From the NCBI GenBank assembly GCA_000182565.2, contig KQ257457.1: a stretch of DNA of 64,000 bases. One strand, written 5' to 3'. The notes under the pieces were generated by a model, which had not been told where the DNA came from, searched no databases, and saw nothing but the letters and a program-made list of their open reading frames with translations. A program made the position numbers and the translations under genes. Below, piece by piece: positions 1 to 13,347 of this stretch. Numbering within the stretch: position 1 is the stretch's first letter; each line of letters starts with the position of its first letter. This DNA is from Spizellomyces punctatus DAOM BR117. Taxonomy: Eukaryota.

Positions 1-428
1 CCACTGTTGCGCCCATGATTGGGGTGGCCAGGATGGAACTGCAAGGAATGATGCCTTTCATGTTTGGAGCGGCTACGTTCTGGTGGGCCATCATTTTGGT
101 GCCTCTCGTGGCAAACTTGCGAGATTTTACTTGGAAATTGTAAGTTGGGCTATGTCGTTCCATTCTTGTCTACATTGTATTAATCACTCGCCGAATCAGT
201 TTCAAGCGCCAGGCCCTCCCTCGCTCCTACCAAATTGTTCAAGAGATTCAGAAATATAACATCCAAGACCACCGACCAAGGGCAGAAGTCTTCCGGAAAG
301 CTGTTACAAAAGTGCGCCAGTTCCAGCGTGTTAAGCGCAACCGCGGATTTGCGTTCTCGCAAAACGAGAGTGGGCAGGCGGCATTGATTAGGTTGTATGA
401 CACAACACGAAGGAAGCCGCGGGGATAG
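1..428 (+). CDS. DRS2: 3' end of P4-ATPase phospholipid flippase (Drs2/ATP8A-like), partial; intron ~140-199
   Basis: Manual translation: ...FWWAIILVPLVANLRDFTWK|intron GTAAGT..CAG|FKRQALPRSYQIVQEIQKYNIQDHRPR...RNRGFAFSQNESGQ..IRLYDTT..*; matches the Drs2 C-tail with the GFAFS autoregulatory motif. Confidence 0.9.
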
Positions 429-675
429 AAAGACTCGAGCTACTTACTGCTCACGAACTAGTTGCGCGTTGTTAGAACTCATAGTCACTAGTTGTTATAT
501 ACTCAAACATGGATTCAAGGGTCTGCCATTCTCAATTGACATGTGAGCTATGTGATATTTCCGCAGCCCACAGCCTCATGACAAGCATAGATACACAAGG
601 CCAGCTGGGTTTTATTTATTTTTGGGCATGGCAGATATCTACAATCCTACATATAAAATTACAGTCGGGATTACC

Positions 676-3600
676 TCAGGAGGTCCCAAACCCGCCATTC
701 TCCAGCACGCAACGACATCCACAACCTGCAGGACACTCTGAGCTTTCATCAAACCACTCCTGCATGTGTGTCGCATGTCCGCCGTGTCGGCATACCAGAC
801 AAAAGTTTGCCAAGCCTTTGCAAGGTAAGCGACAGATCGCGCACCTAATTCCGTATCTTTTGCGATCGCATCGCCAGCAATAGGAGTAGGCATGTTGAAG
901 GCGGGGTTGTCGAGATGATGGGATTAAGCTGCTAGAGCATGTCGGACAAACTATGCCAAAGTCTAGGATAACGAGATTGATATCAGTTACAATCTACTCT
1001 TTGGTTCAAACCCGAGCCAAAAGCGGCAGACTTACCGATACCGGTGTGCTGCTGCTGCGTCCCACCAGGAGCGCCAGCATGCGCAACAAACTTTAGAACC
1101 TCGGCTCTTTGTTCCAAAAGCCCCCATTGATACAGCATTTCCGCATAACACAATCTGTAACGATCATATATTGCTCGCTGTTTTGGATCTAGCAAACCCA
1201 ATCTTTGCGGTGCGGGTAATAGAGCAGGATTCTTTGCATAAGAACGTGGCTGATCTATATCCTCGTTCTCAGTAAGTTTGAGCATTAAGATAGGCGAGCT
1301 TTGATGATGACCATTCGCGCCAGCCAACTGTACGCTTGAGCTAAAATGTGAGCCAGGAGCTATTGAGTCCGCAGTCGGAGCGACGCCAAACTGTCCAGTA
1401 GTTCCAGATACTGCCACGCTCGCCAAGGGTGCAGTCAACGTCCAGCCGACACCTCCAGATGGTATTGGTGATCCCGGCTTGCTCTCACGCGACGGCCACG
1501 GGGCACCCCACGCCTCAGTTGTTCTTTGACGGGTGATGCTGGGTGGCGTCACCGACGAAGCGCGCAGATGAGATGCAATACTACCCGAGACGTGGCCGTT
1601 GCCTGAGAAGGTGCCTCCCCTTGAGGGAATACGCGGGGGAGGACTTGTCGTTCCGCTTCTGACAGCTTGCGCATAGGTTGGATTTCGCGCGTTCATTTCT
1701 CTGTTCCCTGGGACTGGAGACGCTGACGACAAAGGAGCTTCAAACCGAGCACTATCCATATAAGTGCCCAATACGCTATCACTTGCATACGACGATCCCG
1801 CCTGGGGGAATGGACCGGAAGTTGCCGTAGATCCTGAGCAGGGAGTCGGGGCTGACGGAGCGGTGACCTGCTGGGCCAGAGAGTGTGCGTGGCTGTGGTG
1901 GTAATAAGGATGCTCATGGGATCGGCTGACTGTAGGGCCAGCTGTCGTCTCGACGCTGGGGTTTATTCGCGATGTGCCTGAATGGACATCACTAGCATAG
2001 CTTGTTAATTGCATTGCAATTGTGCCCGTCTGTGGGTCGGCTGCCAGGTTGCTGACTGCTATGCCCACTCTTGAAAACGCAGACGCGACAGTTGGTGTTA
2101 CCATTCCAGCAAGGACGGATGTAATAGGGGGACCACTGGAAGGCTGTGGCGTAAAGTAAGAGTTGGACCCAGGGCGGTAATGAAAGTAAGAAACGTCTGA
2201 TCCAGCGGGACTAGGATGCAGCATTTGGTTAATCCGATCAGCACTTACACCCACAGACGTAACCTGTTACCAAAGTAGTGATTGTAAGAGTCCAGTTTAA
2301 GGCGGAAATGCAAACTAATGTCTCTAACCCCTGTTGCCCGTGATGCTTCCGCCTTCTCTCGCGAAAATGGATCGGCAAAGACACATGTCAACAAAGCCAG
2401 AGTCTGTATATCGCCAATTTTTTCCAGATATTTGAACCTGCGTGCAACCATTTTAGTACCACAAACATCATATGCACGTTGACAATAGCGATTGGATCTC
2501 ACAAATCATGCACCATTCTTCTTCCAAACGGATGCCATTGCCATTCCACCTGAGCCCACTGTTCTCGATCATCCCGTTGCTCCAGCCCTGCTCCAGCTCG
2601 TCTTCTCTTATCGCCAGAGCTGTACATCGAACTACGGACGACGATATGCCCGTCCCGAGCAATGTGTGTTTGATCTTTCCGCTTTCCAAGGTCGCGCAAC
2701 CGTCGTCTGCGGCTTCTCCTAGGGTGCTCTTCGGGTAGCAGGGCATCTGGCTTAACAGATGCACATTCAGCTAGTAACAACCCTGCTAAGCTCCAGATAC
2801 GCATGAGGTCAGGTCGATTAGCATGCTGGGCAGCGGAACAGTTTGCGGCACAAATGGCCACTGGGTCATCGCCGTGGAGCCTATAGACAATAATAATACT
2901 TCAGCAATAGATATGGACTTGAGTGACGTCCTGCGGCACTTACGTATAAGCTTTGGCCAGCGTTTCGCTGGTAGGTAACAAGTCGCTCACATCCTTAATA
3001 TGGACGATTGTTCCATAGCTCGAGGGTTCCGGTAAGGGTTCTTGTAACAGTAACGGAGAGCTTGCGGGTATCGGAGTGTCATTTGTCCGATCAACCAAAT
3101 CCGGCCGCCGAAAAACGCTAGCATCAATGGTTGATCCTGTCATAGGTGAGTCGCCTATCGCTTGTCCGCTAAATATTTGAGCGCCACGCTCATCTAGACT
3201 GGAAGCCACGCTTCCATATTCACTCCCGCTTCCGCTCACTTCAGCCGAATTTGCTCGGCGATGCTTTATGGCACGGAGGGGCGACGGTGAGTGTCGCAAA
3301 CTGCCTGAAAACGAATGCCGAGGACTATGCGGTGGTGACCCTGGCGGGGATTCAAACAGCAAGCTCTGTGGACGCGAACCCGCGGAGGCAGTCATGGGTT
3401 GGCTTGAAATTGGGTGTTTGAGCACGTCACTAGGGATAGGCGCCGATGCCACGCCATTCTCGCCGACTGTTGGAACAATAGATATCGATGCGGGTCGACC
3501 TGGGTGTACTTCATTTTTATTGGACGGAAGGCTAAAAGACTCAGTGCGGTGTGAGACTGTTGGTAGACTGCGATGTCCCTTTGGGGAATTGATGGGTGTA

Positions 3601-6600
3601 GTTCTCCCTGCATATGTGGCGGACAAGGCTGATTGCTCTTTCGCCCCTACCTCGGCCCGCTGCGGGTCAAATGGGGTTTGAGACAGGCGAGTCAGTACAG
3701 CTGCAGAAGGATTGGGTGTAACGGACGCGGGAAGCAGTGGGGAGGCAGTGTTGGAGGATATGGAAGAAGGTGGATGCTGATGGAGTCTTGCAAGGAAGTC
3801 TGCGGAAGAAAACAATGCTGGTTGGAGTGAAGCTCCAGGCTAATGATAAGGTGTGTTAGCCCACGCTAACGAAACAACCCGCTCGCGAAAAGCACATTCA
3901 TCACCTTTGGCCTCCAAAACAAACTTGGTGCCGGCGACTCTTCCCCACTTTCATCAGAATCCAACCAGTAGTTCAGCTTTCCCGGGCTTACTCCCTTTCC
4001 GCTTGTTCCCATCTTTCCGGTCTCTAGCCCATCGAGCGCACCTGGTTCGTAGATGTTCCCGCCAGCGATGAACATCTTTGGAAACCTTGCCAGGACAAAT
4101 GCGCGATAATTCTCGTACAGAGGGTATGTCTTTGGTTGAGTTGTAAAGTGCTGGGACTGAAGTACAGGCTGTTGATTTCGCGTAACGAGCGTGTAAGCAG
4201 TGAATTTTGTCGCAGATGGATGCGGAAGAGGGGAGAAAAAGTAGACGAGCTTGCCTAATGGAAGGCAAAGGTTAAAGGATAACGAGCCAATCTAATCTCA
4301 GCATCGTCACCTACCATTTGGCGAGAAGGACGCGCCGCAGAGTCGAGGGAAGGGGACATTGTTATTGTCCTTTCCCACAATGACTTCCTTTAGCAAGCGT
4401 TTCTCTCTCATCGTATTCTTCAGTCGCCCCGGAACAAGCGATACTCCCCCGGCGTCACTCGAGCTGGTAGTATCCGAATCGATGTCATCATTGTCATGGA
4501 GGAGACCCGTCGAAGCGACCGTTTCGCTCAATAAACCTATATCCTTCTCATCGCCAAGCGCCGAGGTGGTAAGCAATTCACTTGAAGCTCTACTTAAGTT
4601 AACTCCTTTTCCGTCCTCTGAGTTAGGGAGGGAAGGAGGCATAGGTGCAGTGTCACCCGCAGTACCAAGTAGGAGATAGCGTACGCATGGTTCTAGACAC
4701 GGAGTCGAGTTTTGAACATAGACATTGGCAATCTGCGCCAATTTCTTGGCTAGGTAAGTTCTATTTGCCATGCTGACCATGCCAGTTTTTTGAATTTCCA
4801 TGATAGGTGCGACGTGATTTGGATATTGGGGTGGGAAACTCATATCGATGCGGAGAAATGCGGATGGGATGGCGGCAAGCGGAGGTTGATAGGAAGCGAA
4901 ATTATCATTGGCACGTTGAAGGGTAATTGTGCAAGTTCGATTTGAGAGGTTGACCTATTGAGAAAGCGTCATCTGAATATTTCCATCAAAATCACCTATC
5001 CATGCAATGGGTAGTACCTTTTCAAAGTGCACCATGGAATACTTTTTAGTAACCAAAGTGATTTCTTCTTCCAAGGTCCTGGGAACAGCCTCCGTTTCTT
5101 CCAATGGCGACTGTATGTTATGGTCAAATCCTCGAGACTCAAGCCAATCTTCAGTTGGATCCTCAGATCGATCTGCACTGGATGAACTTCGGATGGTCAA
5201 GCTTCGACTTTGCCGTCGATGACTATGTGTATGACCTTCCGACACAACGTCATTCTCAGCCTCAGAAAATTTCTTTCGTAGTGGTGCATATCGAGCTGAA
5301 GGCAAATCTAATGCTGACATGCTGCGAGGTAATGGAGTCGTTTCAACGGCTGAATCCGTTGAATCTTCCCGTTCCATGTTCGGTGACAACAGAGGACCTG
5401 GATTATGACCAACAGCCTATAGAAAGATGAGAACACGGTTCCGGTTTCATTCCGGCAGGGGAGAGCGTCCGGATAGATACCTTGGTAAGCTCCGCGTCTA
5501 TCGGCCATAGTCGCAAGTGTTGATCTTTTGACCAAGTGACTAGCTGAAATGCTCTGTCATCTTTGTTTCTATTGGTTAGACTCTAGATTTCCCCAGCTAC
5601 CAAGGGCTCTCCAACTTACCGATCCCAGAATTCTCACCCCCTCGTACACGCCAAACAAACTCGCGAGGAACGTCTGTATGTCCTTCAAATGAGTATACAG
5701 GCGCCACCAGATTATCGCAACTCCATAGAAGAAGATTGGTATCCTTTCTTTGAGGCATTGTGACGATCCCATTTCCAAAGGGCTGAATAATGGAGCTCGT
5801 TTCAGACCATCGGTCCATAAGGGAAATAAAACACAACTGACTTTACCGTGAATCGCGCACGCCATACAGGTGATCCGGTGACTATGGTCGCCTGGCAGGT
5901 TCTTGGTTGCGTAATGTCCCAGAACTACGTCGATCAAGTTAACACTACGTGATCAATTTGCGGTAGCTCATGAACTAAAGTTACCTTCACTAGCCTATCC
6001 TGACTGCAAGTAATGATTTCGTCCTCATTATTCCTACTCCAGTCGATACCGTAGATCTTTGTCATGTGCGCTGTAATGAGTGTCACGGGTGTCGACCCTT
6101 TCTATCAAATATCGATACATGAATCGATAGTACACAGAAGGCCATATGCAAAGGTGAATATACCCGAACATCCCAGATCTTCACGTCGGTATCATGAGAT
6201 GAGGCAAGCAGAGAATCATTCAGACGATTGAACTTGACTTGTGTCGCACCCGCTGATAAAGGAATAGCCACAAACCAGCCGTTGGTAAGCACTTGGAAAA
6301 AGCCTGATACAACAAGAGTCCTCATACCGGTCCATGCACAAAACGAATTTGCCGGTTTGTCCGGATTTTTGCGAAGATCCCATAAATGGACGTAGGTATC
6401 ATACGAACAAGTTGCCAGTAACTCTGGATGGAACGGACTCCAGTTCAAATCAGACACCGCTCGTTGATGTGTACCCAGAATATATTGAATATGCTTTGAT
6501 GACGAATCCGAGCCTGACGGGGTCAAGTTCCACACCAGTGCTTTCTGGTTTGACTGATGATATGGACAATGGCCATTATTCTTCATTTGTTTTACGATAG

Positions 6601-7257
6601 GCAGAAGGTACCAAAGACAAACCGTGGTCGCAATCCAATGCTCTCTAGACTTGTGTGGATTCCACTGTACATCGCTAACTTCCCAATTGGTCATGTGGTG
6701 AATAACACGAGGGGGATCATAGGGATTATCAAGATCTACGATATATAGACCTCGCTTGCTGTAAAGAGAACATAGGACAGGGTCAGATATGCCGGACTAG
6801 GGTGAAAGGGGCTACATTTCTTGTAATCTGATAGTTCCGACACCGTAACGTCGCGACACAGAATGTAGTATAAACTACGAACAAGTCCCAGCCCGTTATA
6901 GATCAGCGTTCATTGAAGCATGCCAATGAATAAGCGCCAAATATCTTTCCCGTCTACTTTTAACACATGACCGACGATATATATTTGAAAGACTCACGCT
7001 GCGAGCACTACATCTCTTCCATTAGGTGAAATGCTCAACGAGGTGACTGGTGGGGCGAGGTGGACCGCTAAGGACTGGTAAAATGTGGTGGAAGATGGTG
7101 CTGATTGCGCCTGCTGTGACGCAGCTTCAGACGACGTGACCGAAGACGTACGGTTATGGCCAGCTGCTGAAGCTGGTCGAGGATCCATCTTGCCTGCACC
7201 ATTTCCTAAATCAGAACGATTCCCAATGCTCAATCCAAGCTCGACCTCTTGAGTCAT
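676..7257 (-). CDS. MTC5: GATOR2/SEA complex subunit WDR59 (Mtc5/Sea3), multi-exon
   Basis: N-terminal WD40 repeats (WEVSDVQWNPH, HQRAVSDLNWSPF, FEGHTDVPREFVWR), RWD-like segment (FPPQYP), NVPFPRLCGASFS motif, YAEMLYQWGL, and C-terminal RING CAICRLPCKGLANFCLVCRHGGHATHMQEWF..ECPAGCGCRC. Confidence 0.9.
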
Positions 7258-7507
7258 GGTCTGATTAGTAATCTGTGTAACATCACAAACCTGGCCACAC
7301 CTCTTGGCAGCCCTCCAGCGAGCTTGGCATCTTTTTGGTCATCCAATCAAGCAATCATCCTCTTACGGACGACGATCGCTTCCATAATACGTTGTGGACT
7401 TTTGCAGCTTTAACGTTCTTCTGCTGTCTTCGCGTTTCGCAACATTTGGGAAGCCTAGCGTTGCGACTCATTGCTAAATCCCCGGTTACCCAGTCACAGT
7501 TTACGAT

Positions 7508-8832
7508 ATGAGCTTCGGAGGTTTCAACGCCAACAGGGCAAAGGTAAGCTGAGGACGAAGAGACGGTGAAGGCTTGAAAATTTATCCTTAAATTCTCGAC
7601 AGCTACGAACATGGTTAAAAAATATCTCTATTCTTTGGTATACAGGTTCAACTGAAGCTTGCCATAAACCGCCTAAAGCTTCTCCAGCAAAAAAAGACCC
7701 AACTGAATCAAGTTGCCAGGAAGGAGATAGCTCAGCTGTTGGAGAAGGGAAAGGAAGATAGTGCTCGAGTCCGAGTAGAGCACATTATCCGTGAAGATTT
7801 TAACATTGAAGCAATGGAGATACTGGAGCTCTACAGCGAACTCTTACTAGCGCGGTTTGGATTGCTAGAGTCGATGAAGTAGGTTACCACTCATTGTTTC
7901 AATTTGAGGTATACAGAGTATTGAGCAATAATTCCTTAACCAAAGGCATTGCGATCAGGCTATAGCAGAAGCAGTCAACACAATCATCTATGCAGCACCT
8001 AGGATGGAAGTTAAAGAGCTCAATTCGGTGCGAGACCAGGTTATTATGAAGTTTGGCAAAGACTTTGCCATGGCGGCTATGGAGAACCAAAATGATATTG
8101 TCAATTCCCGGGTACGTATGAATCCGAGTACTTTGATCTGCCCTATCGTCATCTCATTGCGCTTCACTATTGGCGAAAATTAGATTGTGCACAAGCTCAA
8201 GGTACAAACGCCGGATCCAGTTCTCGTCAACCAATACCTCAAGACCATAGCAAAGGCATACAATGTTCAATGGGACGGTGGTTCAGATGGAGTTCTCGAG
8301 TATGTGGGCTCGATCATTTTTGCGGTCCCTTCGCACAGACAACAAACTAACCACATCACGACGCAGGTCGGTGCCAGCTCCACAGCTCACGGACATTCCA
8401 TACACCTACCCCCAACAGTACGCTCAAACAAGCGCACCCGAAGCCTTTGCCCACCCACAATCGTATCCACAACAGTACCCCCAGCAATATCCATCACAAT
8501 ATCCGCAGCAGCACCCTGATCAAGGATTTCCTGGTGGATTCAAGGATCCCTATGGGCGACCTGCTCCTAGTGCCCCTACGGACTCGTATAATGAGATTCC
8601 TGACTTTCCGGGTGTGCCATTGGGCCATGGCGCTCCAGCACATGCGCCACCAGGTGCAACTGGATTTGGAGGAGGACAGGGTCCTGATATGGGTGCAGGC
8701 GGGGATTCAGAGTCGTTGCCAAATTTTGACGAGTTGACCAAACGTGAGTTCTTGCTGTTTTCAAGCGAATTGAGCGAGGAATTGACGTGGTGTTTGTCTT
8801 TAGGATTTGAAGCTCTGAAACGTCGCAAATGA
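7508..8832 (+). CDS. IST1: ESCRT-III-associated protein Ist1, multi-exon
   Basis: MSFGGFNANRAK|VQLKLAINRLKLLQQKK...ARVRVEHIIRED...EILELYSELLLARFGLLE; C-terminal MIM1-like FDELTKRFEALKRRK. Confidence 0.92.
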
Positions 8833-8974
8833 TCATAACTTACGCCCACCACGTTATCCATATTTTATGGTTTAGCTCATTGGAAATTTGGGTGGTAATG
8901 TTAGCATGTCGGCACTGGAGGCATGTGAGGGCAAAAGATTGCGTGCTATTTATCTATACAAAGGATTTCCTATT

Positions 8975-10384
8975 CTACATCTTGGCGTCTGCTAGATTAT
9001 ACCCCTTCCATCGTTCCGCCCACGCCTTTATCAATTGATGTGCAATGGCATAAGGCGGTGGTATTCTAAGCTGTATATCGTCTCTCTTGGGTGTATCCTT
9101 TGATGATGACTCGTAGGGAGATATTGCGCCCAGAACTTGCTCACGGGTAAACCATTTTGCGTCTTCCAGCTCCTGATCACCCAGGTCAATTTCTTCTGTC
9201 GTGGCCATTCCAATGCAACCCAACATGATCGAATTGGGGAATGGCCAGGGTTGCGAGGAATGATAAAACACGGGTCCAACCTTGACACCCGCTTCCTCCC
9301 ACACTTCACGACGACAGGCTTCCTCCAATGTCTCGCCTCCTTCCATGAAGCCTGCAATGCATGTATACCATCCTGGTGGGAAACGAGACTGGCGGCCAAG
9401 AAGAATCTAACAGAGAGTGTAAACATTAGTCAGATGAACAAGAGTCTCGAACTGGGACGAAGAGATACCTTGTTGGGATCCGTGGGGTGAACAATTGCAA
9501 CAATGACCACCGGATCCGTACGAGGGTATTGGAAATTATGAACCCCAGACAATGAAAGACAAGCAGGTTGTTGTTGCTCATCTACAGCTTGCGCCTCTCC
9601 CTTCGGTTCGGGATCCACCGACGATGCAGTCGCCTTTTGTTGATCCTTACTGGCACGAGGGCAAACTCTCTTGTATCCCGCTTCCTCAGATACAGTCTTG
9701 CGTCCACATCCAGGACAAAACTGGTTGCGGGTATTCCAATCGACAATGGCGCGGGCTTGGGCCAGAATGGCAGTGTCGCGAGACCATGGCAGCTCAGAGA
9801 GTTTTTGGCGCAACGGCGAGTATTGAGCGCCATGGCTTTCTTCAAGTTCTAAGCATCAATCAGATTTTGTCAATGGTATATTGATTGTTTTCTCAAAGCG
9901 TTGAGATGCATTACCTTTATTTATCCGTTCAATGACGCCTTTATCTTGGCTTGTCGGTGTCATGTCCACAGCCCAATAGGCTCTGCCTTTCACAGCCATG
10001 CTTTGCCCGTTCGTCTTTTCGATTTGAAATTCTTCTACCTCCTCTTCTTCGTCGACGCCCAAAAGAGCTACAAAGGCGCCATTGTCAATTGCGCCTTGGA
10101 CGGTTGCAGATGTAAGCCATGCAATTTCCACGCGCTTGGGCGATTCTGAGGGCTTGAGGAGCGGATCAAGGGCCCGTAATGCAATGAAACGGGTATATGG
10201 CGATGTTAAAGAGGCAGCCAAAAAGGTCTTGTTGGAGCGAAGAATGCTGAACCTGAAATTTTTGCCCACGGTCCGTCAAGTCCATTGACAGAATACATTA
10301 ATGCGAACGCCCGAATTGGGAAAGAACGAGTACGCACCTGTTCAGGTTATTCCCAGCGAAAAGGTGTGTGAATGGTTGTGTCAT
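8975..10384 (-). CDS. NPY1: NADH pyrophosphatase (NudC/NUDT12 family Nudix hydrolase), multi-exon
   Basis: MTQPFTHLFAGNNLNR first exon; FCPGCG zinc ribbon; YPRTDPVVI; Nudix box GETLEEACRREVWEEAG; SQPWPFP signature. Confidence 0.93.
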
Positions 10385-11805
10385 TGCAATGTGTTTGGGT
10401 GTTTACACACATGGGAAGGATCTCAGGCTCTGGTTTGAAAACTCTCCACCAAAGCGATCTGTGAGTCACAAGAGTCATGATGCCGTAAGCATGGCGAATC
10501 CGATAGCGAAACTTGAAGCCAAAGCCTCGGATTGTGCAGCTTTTCTAGACTGTTTTTTTCTGGCAGCCAGCGATTATTTTCAGAACCGATTGGAGAAGAC
10601 ATGCGACATCCGCACCACTCCATTGTAGTCGCCATATGCATGCATCATCGCACTTTTTTTTGTTGATAAATCATCCAGATGCTGTCTAATCGTCTCTGTA
10701 AAGGTCAGGTTGAGTCAGACGGCCGTATATGTTCCTGTTGGCTGGAACAGCTCTAGATATCAGCCAGTTGCTGGCAGTTTTTGTGCATTTTGCGGCAGTG
10801 ATTTTCTCTCTGGAAAACGTGCGGAACAGCCGGAAGCCGGCGGAAGGCTTTGCAAAAAAAAAGGGCACCCAAACAGCCCCACGCGCAGGAGCGGAGGGTC
10901 AATTCCCACCACACCCTGGTTCAGAAACGCGCAACAAAAGCCCCCCTTCTCCAAAGCACTCTGTTGTTCTGCGACAAGAACGGTGGATGTAAGTCTCTCT
11001 CGTCCAAAACGCCTTGTCCAGAAACACACACAAAGTCGTAACTGTTTTTGCAGATAAGATCCAAATGAAATTTGGGTCCAGAACCAGAGACCTGGAAACA
11101 TAAACGAAACAAAAATTTCCTTTTATGGCTCCAACGATGACGCAGAATGACGCACGCACGCATTGGAAATTCACCCGAAAACGCGGAATTGGGAACAATT
11201 ACCCACATCCGGGTTGTCGGATTTGGAACGGGTGGAGGCCTTGCATTGTTTTGACATTTGACTCCATTCAAAGAAGGAAACGATGGCAGAGCAACTTGCT
11301 GTGTTGCGGCACGAGTTGCGTTTTGCCAAAAGCTTTGATCGCCCATATCAGCCATATACGCCTTTGGAAAAAAAGCCCTGGTGCCGCACTGCGCAAAAAA
11401 CCAGCAAGCAGCGAGACTCGGCCTAAATAAAACGCAGGAAAATCGGATGCAAAATAAAAAAGAGAAAGCCACTGGTAGGGCTTGTCATCGATGGAATTCG
11501 ATACGCAATGACTCATGAAACGCGTGTTTCCACCAATCAAATAAAGACAATTAAACTAAAATAGGCAATAACTCAAACAGAACGCCATTTCCACCAAATG
11601 TTGCTGATAAACAACTCTTCACAAAATGTCACCAGGTAAAAGAAAAAAAGGGCCAATTTCCAACACACACCATCGATGAGATATCTTTTATCTTTTTCCC
11701 ATTTTTTTTTTTTCTAAAGATTCATTTATAAAGGATTTTTTAGGTAGGATTTCATTTTCCTTTCCAACACAACTACCAACACACACACACGACAACGACG
11801 TAACA

Positions 11806-13347
11806 ATGCTGTATACGGCGGATACGTACTCACCTATTGGGTCGCCTCTCCCCGTGCAGGCCAACCGGCCCACTCCCGCTGACGTGCACCGAATCCTCCA
11901 GCGTGTGCAGCCGCGAGCGACAGATTGTCCGGCCGGTGCACGCTCGCTCCTGTCCCGTTCCCCACCTTCCAACTCGCTGGGCTTCAAGAAACCCACGGCT
12001 CCCCAATATGAACTCGTCCGCAAAGTCCCGTCACCGCCTGGCACTCCTGCGCCAAAACCCACTAGCCCCGTCGTGTCCGCTCGCTCTCCCGTTCGCAACA
12101 GCAAAGGTGACATTGTCCCCTCCTGCCTCAAATCAACTCCAGCTGCTCGCCTCACACCAAGAACAACAACAACGTCACTCACTCGTCCCGCAAACGGACT
12201 ATCAGAACCAACCACAGCAACCGAAAAGAAATCAATCACCTTTGGACAGACGTTGGAGTACGTCTGTCTCTTTGCACGAGGATCATTGGCGTCAGACATT
12301 AACGGATTCGAGCAGTATGGCGTTCAAGATACCGGAGACGTGGACGCAGGCTCATTGTCTGCTTCTTTGGCATTACGTGAAACGTGGGTTATAGCCAACA
12401 AAAACTCCCCAGCTATCCCGTCATTTGGGGCGCAACCCCTTGTGCTCGACAACATCCATCTTGAAGAAGGTCGCATCGTCACTGGAAACGTTCTGGTCCG
12501 GAACTTGGACTTCGGCAAGACTGTCGTTATTCGATATACCATCGACGGATGGACATCAACCAATGACATAAAGGCTGTATTCGCCAATATTGTCAGCCAA
12601 AGCACAATAGATTTCTGCGGGATGGACCGGTTTGTGTTCAAGATTGACTTGAACAGGGAATTTGGAACCTCGGCGGTGAAAGGCAAAGTCGACTTTGCTA
12701 TTCGATATGACGTAAAGGGCGAGTCCTTTTGGGACAATAACGGAGGGCAGAATTATACCGTGGAGCTTTCCAGGCCAACTCATCAGCAAGTCGGATTGTC
12801 AACATCGGCAGGCGAAAGCCGGCCAGGATACACATGGGAACGACCAGTACCAAACCGAGCTCGAGCCGCACGAAATGTCAGACCAAGTCCACCACCAGCT
12901 GCACCAGTACTCATTCCGAGTCACATATGTTCAGCTGCTGCCGTAAACCCCGACGTATCTCCTGCCCCATTTATTCCTGTCGCTCCACCCACTGGAGTAG
13001 CCGCCACCACTTACATGTCGCTGCCTATGACTCCTGCTCAGCGCCGCGAGTCGCGGCGTGCTGTCGCATTGGCAAAGACGAGCACTCTGGCCGATCCTAA
13101 CGCAAAATACTCTCCACCTGCCGCCGAATCGGTTCCCATTCCCATCAACGCCACCCGTCGCTCGCCATCACCGACCTCGTTTTCCGATGCAATAGAAATG
13201 CCGTTTTCCACGTCACCTCTAGAGGCGATGGCCCAAGTTGGCCGCCAAGTCTACCGTGGATCACGGTTGTACGCAGACAGTGACTCTTTTGGAATACCCT
13301 CCTTGGGTTGCTCCCCACCGTCAGCATTCGCCGCCTGCAGAGCGTAA
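11806..13347 (+). CDS. CBM21 carbohydrate-binding protein; probable glycogen-targeting PP1 regulatory subunit (Gac1/Pig-like)
   Basis: GNVLVRNLDFGKTVVIRYTIDGW and FAIRYDVKGESFWDNNGGQNY (CBM21 hallmarks); upstream RVxF-like KKSITF; uninterrupted 513-aa ORF. Confidence 0.85.
   Translation: MLYTADTYSPIGSPLPVQANRPTPADVHRILQRVQPRATDCPAGARSLLSRSPPSNSLGFKKPTAPQYELVRKVPSPPGTPAPKPTSPVVSARSPVRNSKGDIVPSCLKSTPAARLTPRTTTTSLTRPANGLSEPTTATEKKSITFGQTLEYVCLFARGSLASDINGFEQYGVQDTGDVDAGSLSASLALRETWVIANKNSPAIPSFGAQPLVLDNIHLEEGRIVTGNVLVRNLDFGKTVVIRYTIDGWTSTNDIKAVFANIVSQSTIDFCGMDRFVFKIDLNREFGTSAVKGKVDFAIRYDVKGESFWDNNGGQNYTVELSRPTHQQVGLSTSAGESRPGYTWERPVPNRARAARNVRPSPPPAAPVLIPSHICSAAAVNPDVSPAPFIPVAPPTGVAATTYMSLPMTPAQRRESRRAVALAKTSTLADPNAKYSPPAAESVPIPINATRRSPSPTSFSDAIEMPFSTSPLEAMAQVGRQVYRGSRLYADSDSFGIPSLGCSPPSAFAACRA

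Noticed and set aside
8400-8520. QYPQ tandem peptide repeats
   Set aside because: Ordinary low-complexity linker of Ist1
10686-11540. Many overlapping short ORFs upstream of the CBM21 gene
   Set aside because: No recognisable motifs; A-rich promoter/UTR-like composition
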